Shown one piece after another: positions 12,811-27,127 of a DNA stretch of 64,000 bases. A program made the position numbers and the translations under genes. The DNA comes from Octopus sinensis (taxonomy: Eukaryota): the NCBI RefSeq assembly GCF_006345805.1, contig NC_043003.1:115816001-115880000 (forward strand), in the 5' to 3' direction. Position 1 is the first letter of the stretch, and each line of letters starts with the position of its first letter. The notes below the pieces were generated by a model. That model saw only the letters and a program-made list of their open reading frames with translations. It had not been told where the DNA came from and made no database searches.

Positions 12811-14156
12811 TTGCTCTTCTTTATGTTATATATATATATATCCGTTTTCTCTTAAGATCACCACATATTGATATTACGGTAACCTTATAAAATAACAAGT
12901 GGCTTTAATAATATACACACTACTAATGAAATTTATTATTATTATTATTGTTGTTGTTTTAATTACTATTAATATTTTTAGTGCTTGTTAATGAATTTAT
13001 TATTTTTTCATCGCATTTTTTTTTTATTTGCTCATTCGTTTTTACATTTTATGTTTTTTTTTTAATGCTATATTTCGGTTAAAAGACGCTCTGGCTTGTT
13101 ATTTATTTTATAGTTTTATGAATGCTCTTGTTTTAAGATTTCCTATTTTGACAATGGCTACTTTTTTTTTTTTTTTATTCGTTAGCAGTGTTGTCGTGGA
13201 ACCTCACAAAATAGATAAAATACTTTATTACGTAATTAATCTTTTCGTTCGACTCCACATCACCAATTAACTATTTTAATTTCTTCCAGCTAAAAAAAAA
13301 AGGAGTGGTGTTTATGGAGTGTGTGATGGGAGATATAGTGTGGTATTATTTATGTAATTATTCTACAAATCTAATTCATAATGTTTGATTCATAACTTCT
13401 TTCTACTTTACGCCATTTGCTTTCTATAATTTCCTTCTTTCTTTGATTATTTTTAATTTGCCGACTCTCGTTCTCTATTGAAAATGCTATTTTTTGTATA
13501 ATGTTATTTTTTATATACTCCTATTGAATGTCTCGTATTTCTGTACAATTTTTCAATAATAGTTCCTCATATTTTCTATTATTTTTATACTTCTATTTCC
13601 TACTCCATTTTTTTTATGTAAAAGCCGTTCTTCTTTTTCTTTCAGTTGTTTTGTTTTCATTCTAATCTTTAATAACTTTACTCAACAATGTCATATTCAA
13701 TATTTCTTCATTCGTTTCTCAGAATTTCTTTTTCCTCTCTTTATATATATATTGCTACGTTTACATAACTAATTATAAATTCACTCTTACAAATTTGCAC
13801 CGTCTTTTTTCTTCATCACCATCTGTCAGTCTTGACTTGTTTTTCTCCTCATTTTTCTACATCCTGAACATTCATTATATTTTCCTCTCTGACGTGTTAC
13901 TTGTTCATTTTATCTCTCTTTTCTTTTCTAGGTTATAATCCTCATCACATTTTTTTTATTAAAGCAATTGATATTTATTTTGTTTCGTAATTAATTTTCT
14001 ATATATTTTGATCATTATTGCTGAGGTCATCGTTAATTTTTCTTCCAGTTCTGCCAAATAATAGAAAACAAGCTGAAACAAACCGATCAACATTCAATGC
14101 ATTGTTCGATTGCTGTTGTTCTCTGTTATCCTTGTTGCATATACATAGACGTATAT

Positions 14157-14227
<71 letters not shown>

Positions 14228-14355
14228 TATATATACATACACACATATATATATATATGTGTGTGTGTGTGTCTGTGTGTGTGTATATAGAGAAAGAGAG
14301 AGAGTGAGAGAGACAGAGAGAGACAGACAGACAATAGAAAGTCAGATAGATAGAT

Positions 14356-14416
<61 letters not shown>

Positions 14417-14635
14417 TAAATTGTGAATATATATACATGTATATTATAAAATATTATAATAATCCAGGTTTCTCGGAGCACTAGGCCACTTGGTGTTGAA
14501 TAGATATACTATTAAATTAGTATATAATTCTCTCACCCTTATTAATTAATTATACATGTAGATATATATATATGTATATATACATAATTGATATGCATAG
14601 AAAGTATGTTTATCTATCTCTCTATCTACATATAA

Positions 14636-14666
<31 letters not shown>

Positions 14667-14671
14667 CGCAT

Positions 14672-14729
<58 letters not shown>

Positions 14730-15930
14730 GTGTGTGTATATTTATATGTTAGTTTATATGTGCAATATTAGATCGAAATAAATCTAAGCGATATAATTGA
14801 TGCATTTATGGTTCCGCAGTAAATAATTATATTCTGTTCCAAACATTTTATTTTAGAGTCAAATAATTTCACATACTTAAAACAGGGGAGTGTATTTTTG
14901 TACAATATTTCATTAGGTACTTGGTCATTTATAACTGAAGCAACGTGCAATTTTGGTGTTTATCATTTTGATAACCATTTGGCCTTACCATTGGTTTTTA
15001 ATCAATTTGTCTGTATTATATTATGTAGTTTGAACTTAGCTTTTTCCTGTGTAATATCAGTTATGTTCTTTAACAGCTTAGCAAAATATATTTATGCTGA
15101 ATTCTTCAAGCATAATTAAAAACAGGCTGGCGTCTAAAATTAATCAAACACCAAAGAAACAAAAGAAATGAAAGTTAATTTTAGTCAGTGGATGACTGGA
15201 TGTGTTAGATATATTTATTTGAAGACACTTTTGTAATTTTATATTCTTTAAATTTATTGCAACTATTTCATCATTTATTCATCATGTGGGTTTCGTTTCT
15301 GAAATATTTAAACTACATTTTCCCGAAAACTCTAAATGAAGGCTGCATAAATTTCCGATTTCACAAATTCATTCATCTACATTACGAGGTAGGAAGGATT
15401 CACCGAAGAGCTCAGTGCAACAGGGAAACATATCATGAGGCACTTGCATGGAAAATATATAAAACCATTTATTGCTGACTAATAACATATATCAAATATG
15501 ATATTTATTCATGGTTTTTTTAATGTTACAAAAATTTAATTAGTAAGAATAACTTAATTTTGAGCACATACGGTTCAAATGAAATGCCACAGATCATAAA
15601 TGGAAAGTTCAATTATGGAACTTATATGACGCAACCCTTTCTTATCATAAAAATGCATAAATAATATTAAAGCCGACGGGATAAAATCGTATTATAGGAA
15701 ATCAATTACACGACATATGAAAAAAATTAATCCTTATAATATCCATTATCCGTTCTGTTCAAATTAATTATATTAACAATTGATTATTACATCCATCATA
15801 TGGAAAAAATCTGTTTGATACCAGAGTTTCAATTAAATCAATAATGATAAAATACACAAATGATCTAATGTTTACGGCTTATTCATTCAAACTAGACGCA
15901 TATTTGTGTTTGTGTATATAGAATATATAT

Positions 15931-15993
<63 letters not shown>

Positions 15994-16071
15994 TATATAT
16001 ATATATATTATATATATATATGTATATATATATATGTATGTGTGTATATATGTATTATGTATATTTATATG

Positions 16072-16136
<65 letters not shown>

Positions 16137-16137
16137 G

Positions 16138-16170
<33 letters not shown>

Positions 16171-17143
16171 CATATATATATACATATATATATGTATGTA
16201 TGTATGCATGTATGTATGTATATACATATAGCACTTGTAGACTTTTACTAAACATTATTCACTAAAACCTATAGATTTAGCTATTGATCAGCAAGGGATA
16301 TATTTAAATCATGTCAGTGTGTTACATGTAATCTGTAGCTTTGAAAGTAGATTGTTTAGTTATTACTCTCTGTTTGAAATTATTCTTCCTTTCCGTTTAT
16401 TGGTGTAGGATGTTTCATGCTATGATATGCGTCTGTCAAACATGAATTGCAACTTTCGAAACCTTTACTAATTTTTCTTTCCAAGATATTCCCGTTCATA
16501 CCAATATGATTCCCTTTATTTCTATCATTACAAACCTGCCTGAAAAGTGACGCAACCAGTAATTCTCTGTTGGAGGGCTGTGTTTGAAAGAGTTTCTCCG
16601 TTAATGAATGGATTCTCTACTATATTTTCCTCCAAGTGGCTGATAAAAATGCTAGAAATCAAGTCACTAAAATGGTTCAGTGCATGCAGGGATTTTTCCA
16701 CGAGTACCATTTGGGCAATATTATGCTTCAAATTTTATCATCTGACAATATGGGTGGCTAACTTATCTTAGTTCGAATTAAGAGAGAATAAACGTACAAC
16801 CTGTTTTTAGTAATGGGTCGCAGAGAAAACACTACACAGCTCTAAAAAATTATACATAAGAATTGGTTGTGTCTATCGACATTGCACAGTATATTATGAA
16901 AACATACACAAATACAACCATATAAAATCTGGATATGTATGTATATGTCTTTGTGTACGCGTCGATACACATTTATCTTTGAAGAATCACACTCACATGA
17001 ACTAATGTTAACGCATACAACCATATAAAGACGGATTTTATTAATTAAATAACGTGTGAAGACATTCATTTTTGTGATTAATACATTTTTTCATACGTAA
17101 AATGTAGAAAGGAAGTTTATGATAGAGTGGTGAATCCTGCTTT

Positions 17144-17565
17144 GGATCTTTTCGGTTTGAACGGCAGTTTTTTCTAGCAGTGACCTATGAAATTGTCACC
17201 CATAATTATGACCCTAGTATCGATGTATTGCATTTCAATCTGTTTTAGTGTTAGGGTTAGAGTTAGGGGTGGGAGGAAGGGTATCTTTTTTCTTCACAAA
17301 TGTAAATAAATCGAATCTGTTTCTTAAACGAGGGACATATTCATACGGCGCAGAATATTGTTTACCTCAATGGAGGTCATTGATTGGTTGAAATTGCAGA
17401 TATTAAAGAAAAAAAACAACAAATATCTTACAACCTATAGACTTTTCTCAATAAAGCCAAGAGAAAAAGATGTTTTATAAACACATTCTACCAGTATACG
17501 AAGTTTAAAATTTTTTAGTTACCTAGAAATTATGTTAAAAACTGCCGTTCAAACCGAAAAGATCC
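17144..17565. mobile_element. Non-autonomous TIR element (MITE), Merlin-like
   Basis: Perfect 29-bp TIR GGATCTTTTCGGTTTGAACGGCAGTTTTT; 8-bp TSD CCTGCTTT/CCTGCTCT; GG termini. Confidence 0.85.
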
Positions 17566-18352
17566 CCTGCTCTTTCTCTATTTCAATCACTCATTTAATG
17601 TTTATTTTCTCAAAGTTTTGAAAAAATTCTAAAATCATTCACAATACAGTATTTTGTTTAATGCAACTTGTCGGTTTTTGTTGCGACAAGAATAAAACAA
17701 ATATTTTATAACTTTTAGTGCAAACTAATAAAACGAATATTATTTCGTTAAAATTTTACTATCAGAAAAGTACGTGGATTAAAAGAATAGAAAAAGTCGA
17801 ATAAAAATATGTAAGACATACAACAACAACGATAATTCTTTATTCAGTTGTTTTGTCGATGTGTTTTATGACATTGAAATTTGAACCGTTAGAATTCGCA
17901 GATATCGACAATATAAGATTAGTTCCTTTCTGTATGTGTTCGTCGTAAAATGTCGAGGTTGGAAATATATATTTGCATCTTGAATCTTCATATAAAGTAT
18001 GAGAAAACCTTACCACAATTGTTTATCGTATACCTCATTATTATAATATAAATCTGATATAATAATGAATCAACTAGTGCTTTATTTACAAAAATCTTGC
18101 GAAACCTGTGTCTGTTCTCTTTTTATAGTTTTCTGAAGACAATCGAATTCTTCGGCTTCCTAAGTATTTGTATCATATTTTGAACTGCGTTCTGTAGTTA
18201 TGTGTCTGAAAAGAGCACTACTCAAAAAGACCTTGAGAAGGAGAATAATAGTAGAGATGAGAACTATAGATGCAATAAACCATTCGGATTCCTTTCAGCC
18301 ACTATCTTGAGTAAACGAAAGTCTCTGGAATAACAATCATCTATATTCATTG

Positions 18353-18628
18353 TTGTTTGCTTGTTCCTTCTCGAGTCACACCTGGTTTCCTTGGCGTATA
18401 GGTTCCCCACCTTCACGGCACGCCGGTCCGTTGCAGGTGAGCTGCAAGATGCAGGAGGAAAGAGTGAGAGAAAATTGTGGCGAAAGAGTCACCAGAAGTT
18501 CACCATTACCTTCTGCCGGAGCCGCGTGGTGATTAGGTGTTTCGCTCATAAACACACAGTCTGAGATTCGAACTCGTGATCCCTCGACCGCGAGTCCGCT
18601 GCTCTAACCACTAGGCCATGTGCCTCCA
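18353..18628 (-). mobile_element. tRNA-derived SINE, family B
   Basis: Head GGAGGCACATGGCCTAGTGG...GTTCGAATCTC; 12-bp TSD CTATATTCATTG. Confidence 0.92.
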
Positions 18629-19479
18629 CTATATTCATTGAATTGCCTATAAACTTTGTACTCCAAATAGAAATAGCCAATAGTATTGCGAAACGGACAT
18701 TCGTCTGTCACTGAACCTTTCGCAACGTCTTAGTCATTCTAGGTAAGTTGTCTCGCCAATGTGATTATGAAATACTCCAGTACAATTAGCTTATTACAAG
18801 AAGACATCCGTTCTACTGTGACATCGGAATGTATTTAGAGATTACGTAATGATGATTTAATTTCGTCTTGAGATTGTAGCTTGATGAACAGAAGACGCTC
18901 GTTAAAAAGGCTTCCTGTGCATACACACAGACCTATGTTATGAATTCAATTTATACAGGCATTCTACGAAAGTATTATATAGATAGCAAGCGTAACACCA
19001 ACTCTAAGTAGAACATACAACGCAGAGCTAAACGTTATTGTACTGTTTGTTTTGCAGATTCAATAGCATAAACCATTGTGGAAATCAAAAATAAAATACA
19101 GCTGTTCTTTGTAATTCCTCCAGAGGATAATTATTATATGCTCTCCAGTGCAATCATATACTCTGCAAGGCTTTTAATCATATAAGAGAAATACGTCGGC
19201 AAGGTCCAAAAACGAAAATATTCTCTCATCAATAAGATCCATGATTTTCTGTTTTTGTATGAGCTCTAATACAAGTGTTATATCAGTGAAATGCGGAAAT
19301 ACATTAGCTGTGCCACACGCACACACACATACACACACATACACACACATACGTATATTATGCTTCTTTATTGAACATACTTTAATGGAACAATAACTTA
19401 TGCATATGTATCTAATTTTTATTCGTGTGAATAAAAGTACGTCCATTTTAAAAGTGAAACGTTTTGCAAAACAGAATCA

Positions 19480-19872
19480 TCTCTCTATATATATGAAGCT
19501 GAAGTTGTCTGTGTGTGGCAGATTTGGTAGTCTTCAACTAACACTATCTCCTCCGAGACCCTGCGGCGCAAGTTGACCAAAATTGAGAGTATGGTAGAAG
19601 GCTTGCTCTTCCTTCCGTAAAGAAGAAAATTCAAATCGGACCATGTTAACACCAAAAATTATTTACATCAAAAAGGTGCTTTTTTTTCTATGAAAATGCC
19701 TATTTTTTACGATTTTTTGACTGCTGTGTCGCCATTTTTCGGTGTATTTCAATCAGAAAAATGTTCACATAAAGAGAATAAAAAGCTACATAATGCAAAA
19801 TTTTTTACTTTTCAAAAATTATAATTCTAAAGGGTCGAAACTAACCCAAGCAACGCCGGGCTATACTGCTAG
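19480..19872 (+). mobile_element. Non-autonomous Helitron
   Basis: 5' TC start after A; subterminal hairpin CCC-AAGCAACGCC-GGG; 3' CTAG followed by T; no TSD. Confidence 0.8.
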
Positions 19873-20325
19873 TTTTATAATAAAACTTGCATAGAAAACA
19901 ACAGCACAAGATCCACGAAATTCCGGATGAATTTACATTGTGAAAGAATTATGAAATTTGAAGAGAAGAAGAATGTATGGCATGACCAAAAAGTGCAAAA
20001 TATATGTTTAAAAATTCAAAAATAATAAATTCTGAGTGAAAACATGGCAACTATTTTAATGTTTAGCAGAAATATTTTCTAATTATCCATCAAGATATAA
20101 TCTGTTAATGTTTTACACAAAACAGATACCGGTGACATTTGCTACAATCTGCTGCCCCTCTTCAAATACATCACTCTGACGTATGTAGGCATATACATGT
20201 ATGTATGTGCGTGTATATCTGTGTGCTTCAGTGTGGGTATATCTTTAAAATTGCATTTCATTCATACACACATACACACACAAACACGCACACACACATA
20301 TATGCATTCACAAAATAGGTGTATC

Positions 20326-20362
<37 letters not shown>

Positions 20363-20409
20363 CACACATATATATATATATATATACACACACACATATA
20401 TATATATAC

Positions 20410-20441
<32 letters not shown>

Positions 20442-20524
20442 ATACATACATATATATATACATATATATATACATATATATATACAATATATATATATAT
20501 ACTATATATATACATATTATATAC

Positions 20525-20555
<31 letters not shown>

Positions 20556-20567
20556 CATATACATACC

Positions 20568-20626
<59 letters not shown>

Positions 20627-20652
20627 TGATAGATAGATAGATAGACAGAAAT

Positions 20653-20720
<68 letters not shown>

Positions 20721-20819
20721 GCAGATAGATAGACAGTTAGATAGGCAGAGAGATAGGTAGATAGATAAAACTTACTTGGAAATCATGCATGTTTATATAT
20801 TATTTATGTTATATATATA

Positions 20820-20863
<44 letters not shown>

Positions 20864-20931
20864 TATACACATATATATATATATATATACATATATACAT
20901 ACACACATGAATATGCACATAGACACACACG

Positions 20932-20965
<34 letters not shown>

Positions 20966-21272
20966 CTGAGAGAGAGGGAGAGATTGTCAGGCCATATTTT
21001 ATTTTGACGTGGTGCATGATTGTTTTCTCTTTGCTTGATATGAATCTGCTTGTAATGCAATATTTTGAATAACTTCATCTCAATATTTCAACCGCGCATT
21101 TAATTCGGATAACCGACCATACTAATAAAACTATGCATCTTATCTATTAACACAATCTAAAACATCCTCACGAAGCCTCACATGAGTAATCACTAATATT
21201 TACCGTTACACGCGTGCGCTCACACACATGCATTAACGAGAAATCCATATCATCCGGACTAGACAGTCACAT

Positions 21273-21580
21273 TTGTTGTTTGTTCCTTCTCGAGCCATGC
21301 CTGGTTCACAAGGGCCGGTTTCTCGGTTTCCTTGGCGTATAGGTTCCCCACCTGGACGGGACGCCGGTCCATCGCTGGTGACCTGCAAGATGCAGGAGGA
21401 AAGAGTGAGAGAAAGTTGTGGCGAAAGTGTCAGCAGAAGTTTCGCCATTACCTTCTGCCGGATCCGCGTGGAGCTGAGGTGTTTTCGCTCATAAACACAC
21501 ACATCACCCGGTCTGAGATTCGAACCCGCGATCCCTCGACCGCGAGTCCGCTGCTCTAACCATTAGGCCATGTGCCTCCG
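21273..21580 (-). mobile_element. SINE family B, full length
   Basis: Homologous to 18353-18628; TSD AGACAGTCACAT/AGACAGCCACAT. Confidence 0.92.
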
Positions 21581-22984
21581 CAGACAGCCACATGCATGAG
21601 TGTGTGCATTTGTGTGTGGTGAAAGAGAGAGAGGGCGCGAGCGTTTGCGTGTTCCTGCTTGTCAGTGAAGACATATAAGTGCGTACATGGTTATATATGC
21701 GTAGGTGTATATGTATAATATATGTATGTTATCATGTGATATAGCTGGGTTTAGAGAGTACATTACTGCTGGATGAAGGAATCCTGACGTTACTAAAAAC
21801 ACTCTGCAGGTGTGCTACATATTTATGTTGTTATAACCTTGTGGATTATCAGTGAACTGAAATTCCATACCAACGCAATTTCCTTAATCATAAATTTAGC
21901 GATGTACTTATTGCTGAAGCGTTTTCTTGTTGTTTCTTGTTGTGTTTTTAGTTTATTTACTTGATAGTTTCTTCATCATTTTTGTTTCTTTTTGACAAAT
22001 TGTCAAGCTGAAGTAGTGATCGTAAAATAGTAATATTCCCTGCCGTTATATTGAGAACAGAGATAGGACAACAACGTGTATGCTTATATGCGTACTTGCA
22101 CATAAATATGCATGGATGCATGTGAGGTATATGTATATAAGCATGTATATATTTATTTGTGTATGTGTGTGTGTAGTACAACGGAAAAAGGAAAAGCAGT
22201 GGCGCGGACCTTAATGTATTTTAAAACAATTATTCATATTTTCTCATTTATTTATGTTGCAAACACAACGCTCTTAATTTCTGTCATAAAATTTGTTGCC
22301 AACTTCATTTAAATAATATATTAGGAATGGATTTTAGTTACTTAATTATTTATATATTTACTGAAGCAGGTTGTTGTAGTTGAAATAGCTAGAATAAATA
22401 GTCAATAACCTCAGTCATTAGTGTACTAAATATGAATCTGATACTAACATTTTGGATTACCGATACATACATAATGGTAATGAGTGCGAAATGCATGGAA
22501 ACAGTCAAAGACAACGAGGCTGATATTTAAAAGCCTTAAGCAACATTGAATCAACTAGAATTCAACGGACTGCAGACATAAAATACAGAATTAATAATTG
22601 TAACAAGCAACCATTTCGTCCAAATAATCATATCCTCTACTAACTACAGTTCACAATCTCGTAAAAAAACTTCTCTGAAATTCACAAGAATTATAATTAA
22701 CAAGCCTAGATTCTAAGATAATTAACAGCCCTAGACTCTAAGATAATTCTAAGATAATTTCCACTGACTCAGTGGAAAATTCTTTTCTGTGTAGATCAAG
22801 TAGAAAGATAAATATTTTTTTCCTACACGTAAATACTGAACAGTATATATAAAGGATAAAATCCTGTTTAAGAGCAGAAAAAATTGCCGTCAACCAACCA
22901 TGAGGTAATATTACCATTACATATTACGAATCTTTTCTAAGTTTTTATATATCATGGTAGAAGTACGAATCTTTGACCATGGTC

Positions 22985-23790
22985 GGTATAATAACTTAGT
23001 GGATCGCCAAACGTGTCGATAAAATATTCTAGCGGTTCACCAAAGGATATCGATAAAATAACTTACAGGTTCGCCAAACGTGGTCGATAAAATAACTTAG
23101 CGGGTGACCGAACGTGATCAATTAAATAACTTAGCGGTTCGGCAAACAAGATCGATAAAATAGCTTAGCGGTTCGACAAACATGATTGATGAAGAGACTT
23201 AGCGCTTCGCCAAAGGAGATGGATAAAATTACTTAGCCGTTCGCGAATCGTGATCGATAGTATATCTTAGCAGTTTCGAAACATGATCGATAAAATAACC
23301 TAGCGGTTCGCCAAACGAATTCGATAGAATAACTTAGCGGTTCGCCAAACATGTCCGATAAAATAACTTAGCGATTCGGCAAAACAGATGAATAAAATAA
23401 CTTAGCGGTTCGCGAAAGAACTTCGATAAAATAACTTAGCGGTTCACCAAAACAGATCGATAAAGTAACTTAGCGGTTCGACAAATGAGATCTATAAAGT
23501 AACTTAGCGGTTCGCCAAACGAATTCGATAAAATGAAGTAGTGATTCGCCAATCACGATTGATAAAATAATTTGGAGTTTCGCCAAATGTTATCGGTTCG
23601 CCAAACGTGACCGATTAAATAAATTAGCGGTTCGCCAGACAACATCGATTAAATAACCTAGCGGTTCGCCAAAGAAATTAGATAAAATAACATTAGTGGT
23701 TCGCCAAAGGAGAACGATAAAACAACTTGGTGGTTTGCCAAAGGATATCGCTAAAATTAAACAGCAGTTCGCCAAACGTGATCGATGAAA
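22985..23790 (+). repeat. 34-bp minisatellite, about 24 units, derived from SINE family A
   Basis: Consensus TAACTTAGCGGTTCGCCAAACGTGATCGATAAAA; unit starts at 23127, 23161, 23195 give a period of 34. Confidence 0.92.
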
Positions 23791-24561
23791 GAGAAATTAG
23801 GCTTCTGAAAACCAGAAAGCTTATTCGAAGACTACAGATCTAATCCATCACTGGAACTGTAAAAATCTATGAAAATTTCTAGTTCATTATTTAAATATAT
23901 ATGTGCATATCAAGATATGCAAATACGTACATGAGAATACGTACGTAAAAGAATACAAATCTGTACTTACATACATACAAACAAACAGAAAGTACCCTGT
24001 TTTTGATGTTGAAATTCCAATGAAGGAGGCTCGGGTCTAGGTTAGAAACCGGTTCTTTGTCTATTGGCTAGAAATCTTGAATAATAACATACATACATTC
24101 TGTATACATAAATCCTACGGAAAAAGAGGCATGCCTTTTGCCTGCTAATGATAACACTACAGCATGCTGAGAAAATATGTAGTTGGAACATTTCGAATCA
24201 TTCTTTCTATATTCTCACTATGCTCGAGAAGGTCTTTTGCTTCCTGTGCAGAAGAAAAAATAACTATAAATTCTGATTAGGTGAAATTGATGAGAATTTC
24301 CTCTTATAACTGGGCCCTTTATATTTTGTATGCTATATATTTCTGTTATCAACGAAGGCTTCACCCCGAGATTATTTGCTTGTATGGAAGTTTCGCTGAT
24401 CAAATCTCATGAATTTATGCAGTTTATTCGTATCAGAGTTGCACGATGTTACCTAAAGGAGAAAAAGTGTAAGTGAGCAGCTATAGATATGGACTCAGAT
24501 GCATAATGTTCACTGTCCTTGATGATATGTCCTGCGATATTATATATATATATATATATAT

Positions 24562-24970
24562 AGGCGCAGGAGTAGCTGCGTGGTAGGTAGCATGCTTTCC
24601 AACCACATGGTTCCGGATTCAATCCCACCGCGTGGCACCTTGGGCAAGTGTCTTCTACTATAGCCTCGGGCTGACCAAAGCCTTGTGAGCGGATTTGGCA
24701 GATGGAAACTGAAAGAAGCCCATCATAAATATATATATATATGTGTGTGTATGTGTTTGTGTGTGTCTGTTTGCCCCCCTCCCCCCAACATCGCTTGACA
24801 ACCGATGCAGGTGTGTTTACGTCCCCGTAACTTAGCGGTTCGGCAAAGAGACCGATATAATAAGTACTAGGTTTACAAAGAATATGTCCTGGGGTCGATT
24901 TTCTCGACTAAAGGCAGTGCTCCAGCATGGCCACAATCAAATGACTGAAACAAGTAAAAGAGTAAAAGAG
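24562..24970 (+). mobile_element. SINE family A
   Basis: Same head, core and tail as 6988-7502. Confidence 0.92.
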
Positions 24971-25185
24971 TATATATGTACTCGATATAAAGCCAAAATG
25001 TTACTGGTAGACATTTCATGCGAACAAACTCTTTTAGTTGAACAAGTATCAACTGCATATCATAAAAAAGCGAAAGTATCAACAAACCAAGAAACTTCTC
25101 TATGTAGAATAACATAAAACCTAAATGACTCAAGAGAAATAATATTTTAATATATATATTTTAATATATTTTAATATATATATAT

Positions 25186-25242
<57 letters not shown>

Positions 25243-25281
25243 CACGTGTGTGTGTGTGTGTGTGTGTGGTGGCGGTGCGTA

Positions 25282-26004
25282 TTCAGTTTAGCTGCCGATT
25301 TACAAAAATTCAAAGCTTTTTGAAGATTTTAAAATTTGGCACGTTAATATAATTTTCCAAGCTGAATCTGAGATATTTCACTTTTTCCCTGAATTTTCTT
25401 TTAAATGCTATAGAGGTTTAACGTTTGATAATTCCCACCCTGTCAGAAAATTGGATTTGGAAGCTGTAATTTTGTGCATGAGAGCAAGTGTCGTCAACAG
25501 TAAAGAAAAAATATGAAATATTGACGGAATTCTGTTTCAGGCACGCCATATAACCCCTCAAAACTTTATGTCTTTTGAGAATTTACAGAAAAAAATTGCG
25601 AATTTTTATTCTACTCGTGAGAATTCATAAATTCATACGATGGTGCAAAACCGAAAACAAGAAAACATTCGGTGCGTGATTTAAGGACTATTTCAGGCCT
25701 ATTTTTAGCACATCCATCACCAACTAAGTGAGTAGAATAAATTTGCCGAGACACGCTTCCTCGCAGACAAATGGATTCTCTTGCTTGGTTTATTTCTATG
25801 GAAACCGGCATGAATGCGTCCGTGGCCTACGATTGGACAAAATTGCCAAAAATTTGCAAACTTTAAAAGCTATTAAACTCTTGTTTATTAATTTATGGTA
25901 AAAATGAATTTCATGGCACTGATCAGCAAATAAATCCATATTACACTGAATATGAAATCAGTTCCAACAGAGATTGAAGAAATTGAACATCGGCAGCCGA
26001 ACAG

Positions 26005-26006
<2 letters not shown>
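25282..26006. mobile_element. Non-autonomous TIR DNA element, superfamily unclear
   Basis: Imperfect TIRs of about 18 bp: TTCAGTTTAGCTGCCGAT / ATCGGCAGCCGAACAGAA. Confidence 0.55.
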
Positions 26007-26036
<30 letters not shown>

Positions 26037-26040
<4 letters not shown>

Positions 26041-26781
26041 TACATATGTGGGAAATGTTGTTGTGGAGTTGTTAGCTAACTCTTCCTACATCGTTTTATT
26101 GATTTTGATGAAACTTGACACATGAGTAAAACTCATGTCTGGAAACCTTATGGTATACCCAGGTTGTATAATAGGGCGCCTGGAAGAGATCCTTATATAC
26201 ATCTAATATATTTTATTTTAAAAACCAAAGGAAATAAACCATTCGTGCCTGGAAGGGATCCTTCTATATAGCCAAGGGAATTAACCCATTCATTTTCCTA
26301 AATTATTTGGTAAAATTGTAATTGAGTATGCTTATTTCTTAGTAATTGAAATGTTAGAGTTACTTTCACAACGTATCCAGTACAACCCTTAAACAATTAA
26401 ATAGTATTTTCCTAAACAATAGGTCCACTTATTTCGGTTAGTCACTTATTCTCGAATATAACAACACCAGCGCCACTGAGGGTAATATTCTCTGGGAACC
26501 CGCAAAAGCCATTTTCAGAGTTATTTAAGTTAAGCTATTATTATCTCATATCTGATTAGCCTGTTATTACATAACATATTTCACGATTTTGGTATATATA
26601 CCTTATTGGGAATCCTTAAAAACATTCCGTGTAAGACAGTTCGGCATTCTCTGTAAATGCACAAAAAGCGTTTTAAGCTCTACATACCTTGTATTGTTGT
26701 TATCGCATTAGCGATACGACTATGACAACGGACCCAAGGGATAAGCCTCGCTTTCCGGGAATTACGGGGTACGTCAGCTAG
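26037..26781 (+). mobile_element. Non-autonomous Helitron-like element
   Basis: 3' hairpin CCGGGAATTACGGG then CTAG|T; internal GATTTTGATGAAACTTGACAC motif; 5' end blurred by (TA)n. Confidence 0.65.
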
Positions 26782-26796
26782 TATATATATATATAT

Positions 26797-26910
26797 ATCG
26801 TGATCACGTGACCGACCAGTCATTCAGATGTAGTTACACATCGCTGGTCACAATGCGTTCGCATTGTTTTAGCCTTCGAATGACGCCACCCCGCTGGCTA
26901 AGCGACCAGG

Positions 26911-26913
<3 letters not shown>
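26797..26913 (-). mobile_element. SINE 3' tail fragment between (TA)n tracts
   Basis: Reverse complement matches 34346-34460. Confidence 0.8.
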
Positions 26914-26944
<31 letters not shown>

Positions 26945-26949
<5 letters not shown>

Positions 26950-27127
26950 TAGCTGACGTACCCCGTAATTCGCGGGAAGCGAGGCTTATCCCTTGGGTCC
27001 GTTGTCATAGTCGTATCGCTAATGCGATAACAACAATACAAGGTATGTAGAGCTTAAAACGCTTTTTGTGCATTTACAGAGAATACCGAACTGTCTTACA
27101 CGGAATGTTTTTAAGGATTCCCAATAA
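26945..27127 (-). repeat. Inverted duplicate of the Helitron 3' end at 26603-26785
   Basis: About 180 bp near-identical reverse complement. Confidence 0.9.

Noticed and set aside
12303-12890. Long poly-Ile/Leu/Tyr ORFs
   Set aside because: (ATT)n microsatellite read-through from the LINE fragment.
16528-16771. Overlapping non-repetitive ORFs as a host exon
   Set aside because: No recognisable domain; the nearest minus-strand acceptor leads to stops in all three frames.
17880-18790. Possible LTR-retrotransposon integrase remnant (KSCETC, ANSIAKR words)
   Set aside because: Two short words only; cannot be distinguished from chance without a profile search.
22985-23790. CRISPR-like array
   Set aside because: The variable part is only about 6 nt, the unit derives from a SINE, the context is eukaryotic and there are no cas genes.
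24010-24070. CCAATGAAGG...GAAACCGGTTC hammerhead-like word
   Set aside because: The core deviates (CCAATGA) and the stems are unconvincing in this copy.
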